In this document: positions 24,794 through 34,003 of the stretch, piece by piece | How the letters are laid out: each line of letters opens with the position of its first letter | Position numbering within the stretch: the stretch's first letter is position 1 | Source: Candidatus Taenaricola geysiri | GTDB taxonomy: Bacteria; Omnitrophota; Gorgyraeia; Taenaricolales; Taenaricolaceae | Length of the DNA stretch: 34,003 nucleotides | Direction: 5' to 3' | NCBI GenBank assembly: GCA_002781985.1 | Contig: PFGP01000123.1 | Span: 1 to 34,003, forward strand | The notes under the pieces: model-generated | What the model was told of the DNA's origin: nothing | The model's database searches: none | Seen by the model: only the letters and a program-made list of their open reading frames with translations | Program-made: the position numbers and the translations under genes

Positions 24794-24839
24794 GTCCCTC
24801 GTCACTGCTCGAGATAGCGGGTGACTCGGGACGAATTTT
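24794..24839 (+). terminator. possible intrinsic terminator after the gltB-like gene
   Basis: Imperfect hairpin GTCCCtcGTCAC...GTGACtcGGGAC (24794-24832) with TTTT at 24836-24839. The U-tract is weak and there is an internal 2x2 mismatch. Confidence 0.35.
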
Positions 24840-24904
24840 GCCGAACACGGCATCCCGTGAACGGGACAGCCAAAAAGATTCTACCGGAAAATTCGGAGGT
24901 GGTT

Positions 24905-25051
24905 ATGAGCGGTAAAGGATTATGCGTTACTTGTGTGAAAGACAAAGATTGCACCTTTACAAAAAGATACCCTGTTGTATACTGCGAAGAATTTAATTTT
25001 GAGCAGAAAAAGCATTTTTCTGCCAAAAAGGCTTGCAAGAGAAAAAGTTGA
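24905..25051 (+). CDS. 48-aa Cys-rich basic-tailed hypothetical protein
   Basis: The ATG at 24905 lies 5 nt after GGAGG (24895-24899). Sequence: MSGKGLCVTCVKDKDCTFTKRYPVVYCEEFNFEQKKHFSAKKACKRKS (CxxC-x5-C-x10-C plus one more Cys). The track ORF from 24821 starts at GTG inside a hairpin. Confidence 0.5.
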   Translation: MSGKGLCVTCVKDKDCTFTKRYPVVYCEEFNFEQKKHFSAKKACKRKS

Positions 25052-25075
25052 CATATTTTGAAATCGTGGTATACT
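25048..25075 (+). promoter_or_regulatory. sigma70-type promoter with extended -10 (TTGACA-16-TGgTATACT)
   Basis: TTGACA at 25048-25053 overlaps the small ORF stop. TG at 25067-25068, TATACT at 25070-25075. Confidence 0.55.
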
Positions 25076-25111
25076 AATAGATAGTCCAAAGAAGAACTGC
25101 TAGATCAAAAC

Positions 25112-25155
25112 AATGGCGTTTAGAGGCTGAATTGCCGGCCCTAAACGCCATTTTT
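25112..25155 (+). terminator. leader terminator/attenuator hairpin L2 upstream of pyrG
   Basis: Perfect 12-bp stem AATGGCGTTTAG/CTAAACGCCATT with an inner GGC..GCC helix. It runs into TTTTT (25151-25155). The pyrG SD GAGGAG lies 25 nt further on. Confidence 0.6.
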
Positions 25156-25160
25156 AATGA

Positions 25161-26812
<1,652 letters not shown>

Positions 26813-26813
<1 letters not shown>

Positions 26814-27922
26814 TGAATGCGATATTAGCGTTAGAAGACGGAAAAATATTCAGAGGCAGGTCTTTTGGAGCAGGCGGCGAAAGATACGGGGAGGTTGTGT
26901 TTAATACCAGTATGACTGGTTATCAGGAGATACTAACCGACCCATCTTATAAAGGCCAAATAGTTACAATGACTTATCCTTTGATAGGAAACTATGGGGT
27001 AAATAAAGAGGACGTAGAATCGCATAAGCCTTTTGTCGAGGGATTTGTTGTTAAGGAATACAGCAAGATCGCAAGTAATTGGCATTCGCAGCAGTCTCTG
27101 GGCGATTATCTTAAGGAAAATAACATACTCGGCATAGAAGGTATTGATACTCGGCAGCTGACCTTGCATATAAGGCTTGTAGGCGCGATGAAAGCGGTTC
27201 TGTCAACAATTGATTTAGATGAAAAGGCCCTTGTTAAAAAAGCGAAGAATTCAAAGGGGCTGGTAGGCATTGACCTGGTTAAAGAGGTTACCTGTAAAAA
27301 GCCGTATGAATGGAAAACCAAGGCCGCCCCGGGTACGGTCTTTGGTAAAAGGGTGGTGGTGGTTGACTGCGGGGTTAAATTTAATATATTGCGCAATTTG
27401 CAAAGAGTAGGTTGTCAGGTTATGGTTGTCCCGGCAACGACAACTGCAAATGATATTTTAAAAATAAAACCGGACGGGGTTTTGTTTTCAAACGGCCCTG
27501 GCGACCCATCCGCGGTTTCGTATGTTATAGAGACAACCAGCCGGCTGATAGGTAAGCTTCCGGTATTCGGCATATGCCTTGGCCAGCAGATGCTTGGCCT
27601 TGCTTTTGGCGGGAAGACATATAAGCTTAAATTTGGGCATCATGGCGGCAATCAACCGGTAAAAGATTTAAAAACAGGAAAGGCCTTTATATCGGTGCAA
27701 AACCACGGATTTTGTGTGGACATGGATTCGCTTGATAAAAAAGATATAGAGATAACGCATATAAATTTAAATGATAAGACGCTTGAGGGTTTACGGCATA
27801 AAAAACTGCCTATATTTTCCGTGCAGTTTCATCCGGAGGCCTCGCCTGGCCCGCATGACGCGCAATATTTGTTTAAAAGATTTGTGGAGATGATGGAGAA
27901 ACACCGTGCCAAAAAGAACTGA
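26813..27922 (+). CDS. carA: carbamoyl-phosphate synthase small (glutaminase) subunit, catalytic triad intact
   Basis: Motifs [24 protein letters not shown] (nucleophile Cys) and [13 protein letters not shown] (His/Glu). The start overlaps the pyrG stop (TAATG). Confidence 0.9.
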
Positions 27923-29537
27923 TATCAAAAAGATTTTAATAATCGGTTCCGGCCCAATAGTAATAGGCCAGGCATGCGAATTTGATTATTCAGGTTCCCA
28001 GGCGTGTAAGATCCTGCGCCAGGAGGGCTTTAAGGTTGTGCTTGTCAATTCAAACCCTGCTACTATAATGACAGACCCTGATATTGCTGACAGGACTTAT
28101 ATAGAGCCAATAACAACAGAGGTCATAGAGAAGATTATTGAAAGAGAAAGGCCATGCGCCTTGCTTGCCACACTGGGTGGCCAGACCGCGTTAAACGCGG
28201 CAGTTGACCTGGATAAAAAAGGTATACTTAAGAAATACAAGGTGGAGGTAATAGGCGCCAATATCGCCGCTATAAAAAAAGGCGAGGACAGGTGTTTATT
28301 CAAACTGGCTATGGAGAAGATAGGCCTTGATTTGCCAAAAAGCGACAAGGCGTATAATCAGAAAGAGGCAGCAGATGTTGTTCAGAAGATAGGTTTTCCG
28401 GTTATTATACGCCCGAGTTTTACTTTAGGCGGCGCAGGCGGCAGCATTGCATATAATATGGAAGAATTTAAAGAGCTTGCCAAACGCGGCTTGGAGTCCA
28501 GCATGATAAGCGAGATCCTTATAGAGGAATCGGTTGCAGGCTGGAAAGAATTTGAGCTTGAGGTGATGCGCGACAAAAAGGATAACGTTGTAATTATCTG
28601 CTCAATAGAAAATTTTGATCCAATGGGTATCCATACAGGCGACTCTATTACAGTCGCGCCTATACAGACATTGACTGACAGGCAATACCAAAAGATGCGA
28701 GATGCGGCCATTGCGTGTATACGCGAAATAGGCGTTGAGACAGGGGGGTCTAATATACAGTTTGCGGTTGACCCGAAAAACGGCCGCATGGTTGTTATTG
28801 AAATGAACCCAAGGGTTTCAAGGAGTTCTGCTTTGGCGTCAAAGGCAACGGGTTTTCCTATAGCAAAGATCGCGGCAAAGCTTGCCGTCGGATACACACT
28901 GGATGAAATCTCAAACGATATAACAAAAGAAACGCCCGCGTGTTTTGAGCCGTCGATAGATTACTGCGTGGTCAAAATACCGCGCTTTACATTCGAGAAA
29001 TTTAAGGCGTCAAATTCAACTTTAACTGTATCAATGAAATCGGTAGGCGAGGCGATGTCCATAGGCAGGACTTTTAAAGAGGCGCTGCAAAAAGGCCTGC
29101 GTTCGCTTGAGATAAAAAAATCAGGGCTTGAGTCCCTCAGGATAAAGGATATAGAGCTTATTTACGAAAAATTAAGAACGCCGAATGCCGAGCGCATATT
29201 TTTTATAGCCGATGCAATAAGGTTTGGGATGAGCCTTGAAGAAATAAACAAAATGACTTCAATAGACCCGTGGTTTTTATATAATATTAAGGAGATAATA
29301 GATACTGAGAAAGAGATAATAAAGAATAAAAGTAGTATTACCAAAGAGCTTTTGACAAAAGCAAAGGAATATGGTTTCAGCGATAAGCAGCTGGGTGGGC
29401 TTTTGGGCAAATCCGAAGAAGAGGCCTATAAACTGCGCAAATCCATGAATATCGCCCCAAATTTTAAGCTGGTTGATACTTGCGCTGCGGAGTTTCGCGC
29501 CTTCACCCCGTATTATTACTCCACATACGATAGTTAA
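27906..29537 (+). CDS. carB: carbamoyl-phosphate synthase large subunit, N-terminal half only (split CarB)
   Basis: The GTG start lies 6 nt after GGAGA. N-terminus [36 protein letters not shown]-grasp motifs ([36 protein letters not shown]) and an oligomerisation region are present. The ORF ends ..[11 protein letters not shown]-stop after 543 aa. Confidence 0.9.
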   Translation: MPKRTDIKKILIIGSGPIVIGQACEFDYSGSQACKILRQEGFKVVLVNSNPATIMTDPDIADRTYIEPITTEVIEKIIERERPCALLATLGGQTALNAAVDLDKKGILKKYKVEVIGANIAAIKKGEDRCLFKLAMEKIGLDLPKSDKAYNQKEAADVVQKIGFPVIIRPSFTLGGAGGSIAYNMEEFKELAKRGLESSMISEILIEESVAGWKEFELEVMRDKKDNVVIICSIENFDPMGIHTGDSITVAPIQTLTDRQYQKMRDAAIACIREIGVETGGSNIQFAVDPKNGRMVVIEMNPRVSRSSALASKATGFPIAKIAAKLAVGYTLDEISNDITKETPACFEPSIDYCVVKIPRFTFEKFKASNSTLTVSMKSVGEAMSIGRTFKEALQKGLRSLEIKKSGLESLRIKDIELIYEKLRTPNAERIFFIADAIRFGMSLEEINKMTSIDPWFLYNIKEIIDTEKEIIKNKSSITKELLTKAKEYGFSDKQLGGLLGKSEEEAYKLRKSMNIAPNFKLVDTCAAEFRAFTPYYYSTYDS

Positions 29538-29544
29538 TTTTGTA

Positions 29545-29572
29545 TTGACAGTTTTCCAGATAGTGGTATAAT
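29545..29572 (+). promoter_or_regulatory. consensus sigma70 promoter with extended -10 (TTGACA-16-TGgTATAAT)
   Basis: TTGACA at 29545-29550, TG at 29564-29565, TATAAT at 29567-29572. Confidence 0.6.
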
Positions 29573-29581
29573 GTGTTAAAC

Positions 29582-29627
29582 AACGGCGTTTGAGTGTTGG
29601 ATTGTCAGCACTAAAAGCGCCGTTTTT
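29582..29627 (+). terminator. leader terminator/attenuator hairpin L3 upstream of the DUF1846 gene
   Basis: AACGGCGTTTGAGTG...CACTAAAAgCGCCGTT forms about 15 bp with one bulge and one mismatch. It runs into TTTTT (29623-29627). The hairpin begins about 3 nt after the predicted transcription start. Confidence 0.55.
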
Positions 29628-29646
29628 CTAAAACCAATACCCTCCA

Positions 29647-31170
29647 ATGAAAAAAAATGGCTTCGATAACGAGAAATATCTAAAAGAACAAACCGCCGCG
29701 ATATTAGGCAGGGTTGCCGAATTCGGCAACAAGCTTTATCTTGAATTCGGCGGAAAGCTCTGCTTTGATTATCATGCCGCGCGCGTCCTTCCGGGATATG
29801 ACCCCAACGTAAAAATAAGGCTACTTCAAAAATTAAAAGATAAAATAGAGATAGTTTTATGTATCTATTCCGGAGATATTGAAAAAGGCAGGGTCAGGGG
29901 CGATTTCGGAATAACATATGACGCTGCCACATTTAAATTGATTGACGACCTGAGGAAATGGGGGCTTGATATATCATCGGTTGTTATTACCAGGTTTACG
30001 AATCAATCAGCGGCAGTTACATTCAAGAACAAATTAGAGCGCAGGGGCGTAAAGGTATACCTGCATTATCCTATAAAAAATTATCCCACAAATATAGATT
30101 TAGTCGCAAGCGATAAGGGTTTTGGAAAGAACGATTATATAAAAACCAAAAAACCCATTGTGATAATAACCGGGCCAGGGCCTAACAGCGGCAAGCTCGC
30201 CACATGTTTATCGCAATTGTACCAGGAGCATAAAAAGGGGATAAACGCCGGTTATGCGAAATTTGAGACGTTTCCTATCTGGAATATTCCGTTGAAACAT
30301 CCTGTTAATGTCGCCTATGAGGCGGCAACCGCGGACATACAGGATTTTAACCTGGTTGATCCGCATCATTTTAAAAAATATAAAAAGAAAGTGATTAATT
30401 ATAATCGCGACGTCGAAAGCTTTCCGATATTAAAATCAATACTTGCTAAAATATGTGACGGTAAAAAAACCATGCCCGTGTATAATTCACCTACTGATAT
30501 GGGTGTAAACCGGGCCGGTTTTGGCATAGTAAACGACAAAATAGTTCAAGAGGCAGCCAAGCAGGAGTTGATAAGGAGGTATTTCAGGTATAATGCCGAA
30601 TACCTTCTTGGTATAGAAAAGAAAGAGACGGTTCAGCGCGCAATGGATTTGATGAAAGAGTTGGGTGTGGACGTTACTGACAGGCCCGTAGTCAATGTTG
30701 CCAGAAAAGCGTCAGAAGATGCCGAAAAGAAAGGCAAGGGCTTCGCCGGTATTTATTGCGGCGCGGCGCTTGAGTTAAAAAATGGGAAGATTGTAACAGG
30801 CAAGAATTCGAAGTTGATGCATGCGGCGTCAAGCCTTGTGATAAATGCGGTTAAAGTGTTGGCAAAGATACCGGATGAAATATTGCTTTTATCGCCGCAG
30901 ATAATAAGGCAGATATCAGTATTAAAGGAAAGCATTTTGGGTTTGGAGCCGGAGAGTCTGGATTTGGAGGAGGCCCTGATAGCCCTTTCAATAAGCGCGA
31001 CTACGAATCACACAGCCGAGATAGCGATGAAGAAATTGGCGGAGTTGCGCGGTTGCCAGATGCACATAACTCATATATCTACCCCGGGCGATGAGGTAGG
31101 ATTAAAGATGCTGGGCGTAAATGTGACAACAGACGGTAAGTTTTCTTCAAATAATTTGTTTGTTACGTAG
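29647..31170 (+). CDS. DUF1846 / UPF0371 family protein (function unknown)
   Basis: Colinear with the recalled Firmicutes UPF0371 pattern. Shared motifs: FD.EKYL, KLYLEFGGK, HAARVLPGY, LHYPIK.YPT, GPGP.SGKLATC, GYAKFETFPIWN.PL.HPVN.AYEAATAD, NYNRD.E.FP.LK, SPTDMGVN. No SD is present; CCCTCC precedes the ATG. Confidence 0.85.
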   Translation: MKKNGFDNEKYLKEQTAAILGRVAEFGNKLYLEFGGKLCFDYHAARVLPGYDPNVKIRLLQKLKDKIEIVLCIYSGDIEKGRVRGDFGITYDAATFKLIDDLRKWGLDISSVVITRFTNQSAAVTFKNKLERRGVKVYLHYPIKNYPTNIDLVASDKGFGKNDYIKTKKPIVIITGPGPNSGKLATCLSQLYQEHKKGINAGYAKFETFPIWNIPLKHPVNVAYEAATADIQDFNLVDPHHFKKYKKKVINYNRDVESFPILKSILAKICDGKKTMPVYNSPTDMGVNRAGFGIVNDKIVQEAAKQELIRRYFRYNAEYLLGIEKKETVQRAMDLMKELGVDVTDRPVVNVARKASEDAEKKGKGFAGIYCGAALELKNGKIVTGKNSKLMHAASSLVINAVKVLAKIPDEILLLSPQIIRQISVLKESILGLEPESLDLEEALIALSISATTNHTAEIAMKKLAELRGCQMHITHISTPGDEVGLKMLGVNVTTDGKFSSNNLFVT

Positions 31171-31180
31171 AGGGAGAGCT

Positions 31181-32284
31181 ATGAAAGCGATACTGGTGCT
31201 TGAAAACGGAAGTGTATATGAAGGCACCGCCTGCGGCGCTGCCGGCGAGAGGGTTGGAGACGTCATTATCAATACGGCTGTCGTTGGTTATCAGGAGATG
31301 GTTACAGATGCAGCCAATGCCGGAAAGATAATTGTTTTGACATATCCTTTGATAGGAAATTACGGCGTAGCGAAAAAATTCAGTGAATCAAGCAAATGTC
31401 AGGCTGCCGGATTGGTTATAAAAGAGATGTCAAGGATGTATTCTAATTGGCAGGCAGAAGGGCCTTTTGGTGAATTTTTGAAAAAAGAAAACGCTGTTGC
31501 GATAAGCGGCATTGACACAAGGACGCTCTCGGTTGAAATAAGAGATAAAGGCGAGCAGCCAGGCATAATATCAACTAAGGATTTTAATAAAGAATCGCTG
31601 CTTAAAAAAATAAAGAATCATAAAAAAGAAGGTTTTATAAAAGATACATCAGTAAAAAAACCGGTAGAATTTAAGGCAGGCGTTTTGAAATACAATATCG
31701 GTGTTGTGGATTTGGGCATGCCGAGGAGTTTTATCAGGCAGCTAAATACTCTTGGCTGCAATGTGATATTATTGCCTTATGATACGCCAAGCGCCAAGAT
31801 AATGGCGTTGAATTTAAACGGCCTAATTGTATCAAGCGGGCCTGAAAATGATCCGGCTATCCCGGATATCGCGGAAAATGTAAAAAATCTTTTAGGAAAG
31901 ATGCCTATTATGGGTATTTCAACAGGGCATCATGTTTTGGGGCTTGCTCTCGGCGGTAAACTGAAGAAGATGAAGATTGGGCATCACGGCGTGAATTATC
32001 CTATAAAAGCACTTGATTCATTTAAGGGCGATATCACTGCCCAGAATCATTCATACGTTCTGGATGAGGCAGGCATAAAGAATAGAAAAGACGTAAATAT
32101 AACGTTGCGGAATATAAATGACGATTCAATAGAGGAAATGGAAAGCAAGCCCCTGAAGTTTTTATCAGCGCAATATTGCCCTGCGAGCCCAGGATTTAAT
32201 GAGGTAAACGAGGCGTTTGAAAGATTTCTTAACATGACAAAATCAAACAAGGCTACAAAAGGGGTGCAACATGCCAAAGCGTAA
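31181..32284 (+). CDS. CarA paralogue with degenerate glutaminase active site (pseudo-glutaminase small subunit)
   Basis: The ATG at 31181 follows AGGGAGAG. The N-terminal half is conserved ([10 protein letters not shown] identical to CarA1). However GICLG is replaced by GISTG and FHPEASPG by YCP-ASPG. Confidence 0.85.
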   Translation: MKAILVLENGSVYEGTACGAAGERVGDVIINTAVVGYQEMVTDAANAGKIIVLTYPLIGNYGVAKKFSESSKCQAAGLVIKEMSRMYSNWQAEGPFGEFLKKENAVAISGIDTRTLSVEIRDKGEQPGIISTKDFNKESLLKKIKNHKKEGFIKDTSVKKPVEFKAGVLKYNIGVVDLGMPRSFIRQLNTLGCNVILLPYDTPSAKIMALNLNGLIVSSGPENDPAIPDIAENVKNLLGKMPIMGISTGHHVLGLALGGKLKKMKIGHHGVNYPIKALDSFKGDITAQNHSYVLDEAGIKNRKDVNITLRNINDDSIEEMESKPLKFLSAQYCPASPGFNEVNEAFERFLNMTKSNKATKGVQHAKA

Positions 32285-34003
32285 AGACATAAAAAGGATT
32301 TTAATGATAGGTTCCGGCCCTATAGTTATAGGCCAGGCATGTGAATTTGATTATTCCGGTTCTCAGGCGTGTAAGGCGTTAAGAGAAGAGGGTTATTTTA
32401 CAATACTCGTCAATTCAAACCCGGCTACTATAATGACAGATCCTAATATGGCCGATGTTACGTATATAGAGCCGCTTAATATAGAAACTGTTATAGAAAT
32501 AATAAAAAAGGAAAAGCCCGACGCTATATTGCCTACTTTGGGCGGCCAGACAGGATTAAATTTGGCGTTTTTTCTTATGAAGCAGGGTATTTTGAAAAAA
32601 TACGGGATTGAATCAATAGGCGCGGATGTTGATGCCATCTCGCGCGCCGAGGACAGGGAATTGTTTAAAAAGGCGATGCTTGAGATAGGCGTAAGCATGC
32701 CGAAAAGCGGTATTGCCCACAGTGTTGAAGAGGGGATGAAGATTGGGCTTAAGATCGGGTTTCCTCTTATATTAAGGCCTGCGTATACGCTTGGCGGAAG
32801 CGGTGGTTCAATCGCGTATAATAAGGAAGAGTTGGAGATATTTTTGGCAAAAGGCCTTGAGATAAGTCCTGTAGCCCAGATTCTGGTAGAGCAATCTGTC
32901 CTTGGGTGGAAAGAGATAGAGTTTGAGGTAATGAGGGATTGCGTGGACAATGTCATTATGATCACGTCCATGGAAAATGTTGACCCTATGGGCGTGCACA
33001 CCGGCGACAGTATTGTTGTGGCGCCTTCTCAGACTTTGACGAAAGAGGAATACTCTAATTTTGTAAATCTTTCTAAAAAAATCATAAGAAAAATAGGTAT
33101 AACAGGCGGCGGCGCGAACATACAGTTTGCGCAGAATCCGGATAACGGTGAAATAGTAATTATAGAGGTAAATCCGCGTCTTTCAAGGAGTTCTGCTTTG
33201 GCGTCAAAGGCAACAGGCTTTCCTATTGCGCGCGTTGCAACAAAGCTTGCGGTAGGCCTTACTTTGCCTGAGGTATTAAATCAGGTAACAGGAAAGACAA
33301 CCGCGTTTTTTGAGCCCACAGTCGATTACTGTGTATTTAAAATATGCAGGTTCACGTTTGAAAAATTCCCAGGGACAAAAAGGATATTGAATACATCAAT
33401 GAAGGCGGTCGGGGAAGCTATGTCAATAGGAAGGAATTTCCGCGAGGCATTGCAGAAAGGCATCAGGTCCATAGAGACAAAAAGGTTTGGCTTAGGCGCT
33501 GACGGTAAGGATAAGATAACAGACGATATGCTTAAAAATCCGTCGCCGGAGATTACAGGCGAAATAAAGGATATGATACGCAAGCCCAATGACGGCAGGT
33601 TTTTTTATTTAAGGTATGCGATAAAAATAGGATTGACTACGGATGAGATATACGAGTTGTCTAAGATAGACAGGTGGTTTATTGACAACCTGAGGCAGAT
33701 TGTGGAAACAGAGGATGAGATAAAAAAATACAGGAATAAAAATATAGACGATGAAATAAATATGCCAAAAGAGATGTTTGTCAGGGCAAAGACGCACGGT
33801 TTTTCCGATGTGCAGCTGGCAGTGCTTTTAAATTCAAGGGAGAAGAATGTGAGGCAGGCAAGAAAAAAATTAAATATAAAGCCGGCGTATAAATTGGTTG
33901 ACACCTGCGCAGGCGAGTTTAAGGCAGAGAAGCCTTATTATTATTCCACTTACGAGACAAAGAATGAAAGCGCGCCGTCTTCTGATAAGAAAAAGGTGCT
34001 TAT
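32271..34003 (+). CDS. carB: carbamoyl-phosphate synthase large subunit, second copy, 3' end beyond window
   Basis: This ORF is not in the supplied ORF track because it has no stop in the window. I translated it by hand from ATG 32271 (AAGGGG upstream) and the frame stays open to 34003. It begins [33 protein letters not shown] and reads through the half-molecule junction (..[24 protein letters not shown]..). Confidence 0.9.
   Translation, partial: MPKRKDIKRILMIGSGPIVIGQACEFDYSGSQACKALREEGYFTILVNSNPATIMTDPNMADVTYIEPLNIETVIEIIKKEKPDAILPTLGGQTGLNLAFFLMKQGILKKYGIESIGADVDAISRAEDRELFKKAMLEIGVSMPKSGIAHSVEEGMKIGLKIGFPLILRPAYTLGGSGGSIAYNKEELEIFLAKGLEISPVAQILVEQSVLGWKEIEFEVMRDCVDNVIMITSMENVDPMGVHTGDSIVVAPSQTLTKEEYSNFVNLSKKIIRKIGITGGGANIQFAQNPDNGEIVIIEVNPRLSRSSALASKATGFPIARVATKLAVGLTLPEVLNQVTGKTTAFFEPTVDYCVFKICRFTFEKFPGTKRILNTSMKAVGEAMSIGRNFREALQKGIRSIETKRFGLGADGKDKITDDMLKNPSPEITGEIKDMIRKPNDGRFFYLRYAIKIGLTTDEIYELSKIDRWFIDNLRQIVETEDEIKKYRNKNIDDEINMPKEMFVRAKTHGFSDVQLAVLLNSREKNVRQARKKLNIKPAYKLVDTCAGEFKAEKPYYYSTYETKNESAPSSDKKKVL

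Noticed and set aside
24794-24904. Riboswitch candidates in the spacer after the gltB-like gene: glutamine riboswitch, or ykkC-type (ACACGG ... GGGACA ... AAAAG resemblance).
   Set aside because: Only short fragments match what I recall of the ykkC consensus. The conserved 5' elements and P3 are missing, there is no resemblance to the glnA RNA motif, and the first hairpin is better explained as a terminator.
25121-25140. PyrR binding loop in the pyrG leader (AGAGGCU).
   Set aside because: Only about 7 of ~14 consensus positions are present (no UCCAGAGAGG core), no pyrR gene is in the window, and the sister leaders lack the fragment.

Overview
This 34-kb chromosomal segment is mostly + strand. 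It appears to come from a diderm, anaerobe-like bacterium, judging by an Omp85-type barrel, lipoproteins, NfnAB/GltD-like and radical SAM enzymes, and ferredoxin domains. I saw no rRNA, tRNA or CRISPR array. Block 1 (1-8.8 kb) is a trehalose locus (otsA, an MscS channel, otsB, an internally duplicated orphan, TreT-like GT4), followed by a DUF362 Fe-S protein, a ferritin-like protein, class II aldolase and MgtE. Block 2 (8.8-17.3 kb) holds a minus-strand lipoprotein operon ending in a YkgJ-DUF2156 fusion, back-to-back divergent promoters, and an overlapping radical SAM plus HI0933 flavoprotein pair. It also contains an AT-rich IS200/RAYT-like gene bracketed by identical 25-nt hairpins, then Maf, an Omp85-like barrel, an orphan AMMECR1, an exported phosphatase and Ogg. 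Block 3 (17.3-25 kb) is a nitrogen-assimilation island: glnA, an NfnAB/GltD-like pair, gdhA, a GAF-ANTAR regulator, an FMN-only GltB-like protein and a tiny Cys-rich ORF. Block 4 (25-34 kb) is pyrG-carA plus a CarB that stops at the half-molecule junction. A second module follows: DUF1846, a CarA paralogue with its Cys-His-Glu triad destroyed, and a read-through CarB. Three consensus extended -10 promoters each fire into a terminator-like hairpin sharing the core ACAAYGGCGTTT, in front of the ANTAR operon, pyrG and DUF1846. The most promising candidates for new biology are the DUF1846 / dead-glutaminase CarA / CarB module and this shared leader-attenuator family. Two smaller oddities are a perfect 37-nt palindrome inside the nfnB/gltD-like gene and a 34-nt identical tract shared by the two carB copies. 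All homology statements come from motif recognition by eye, not from searches.
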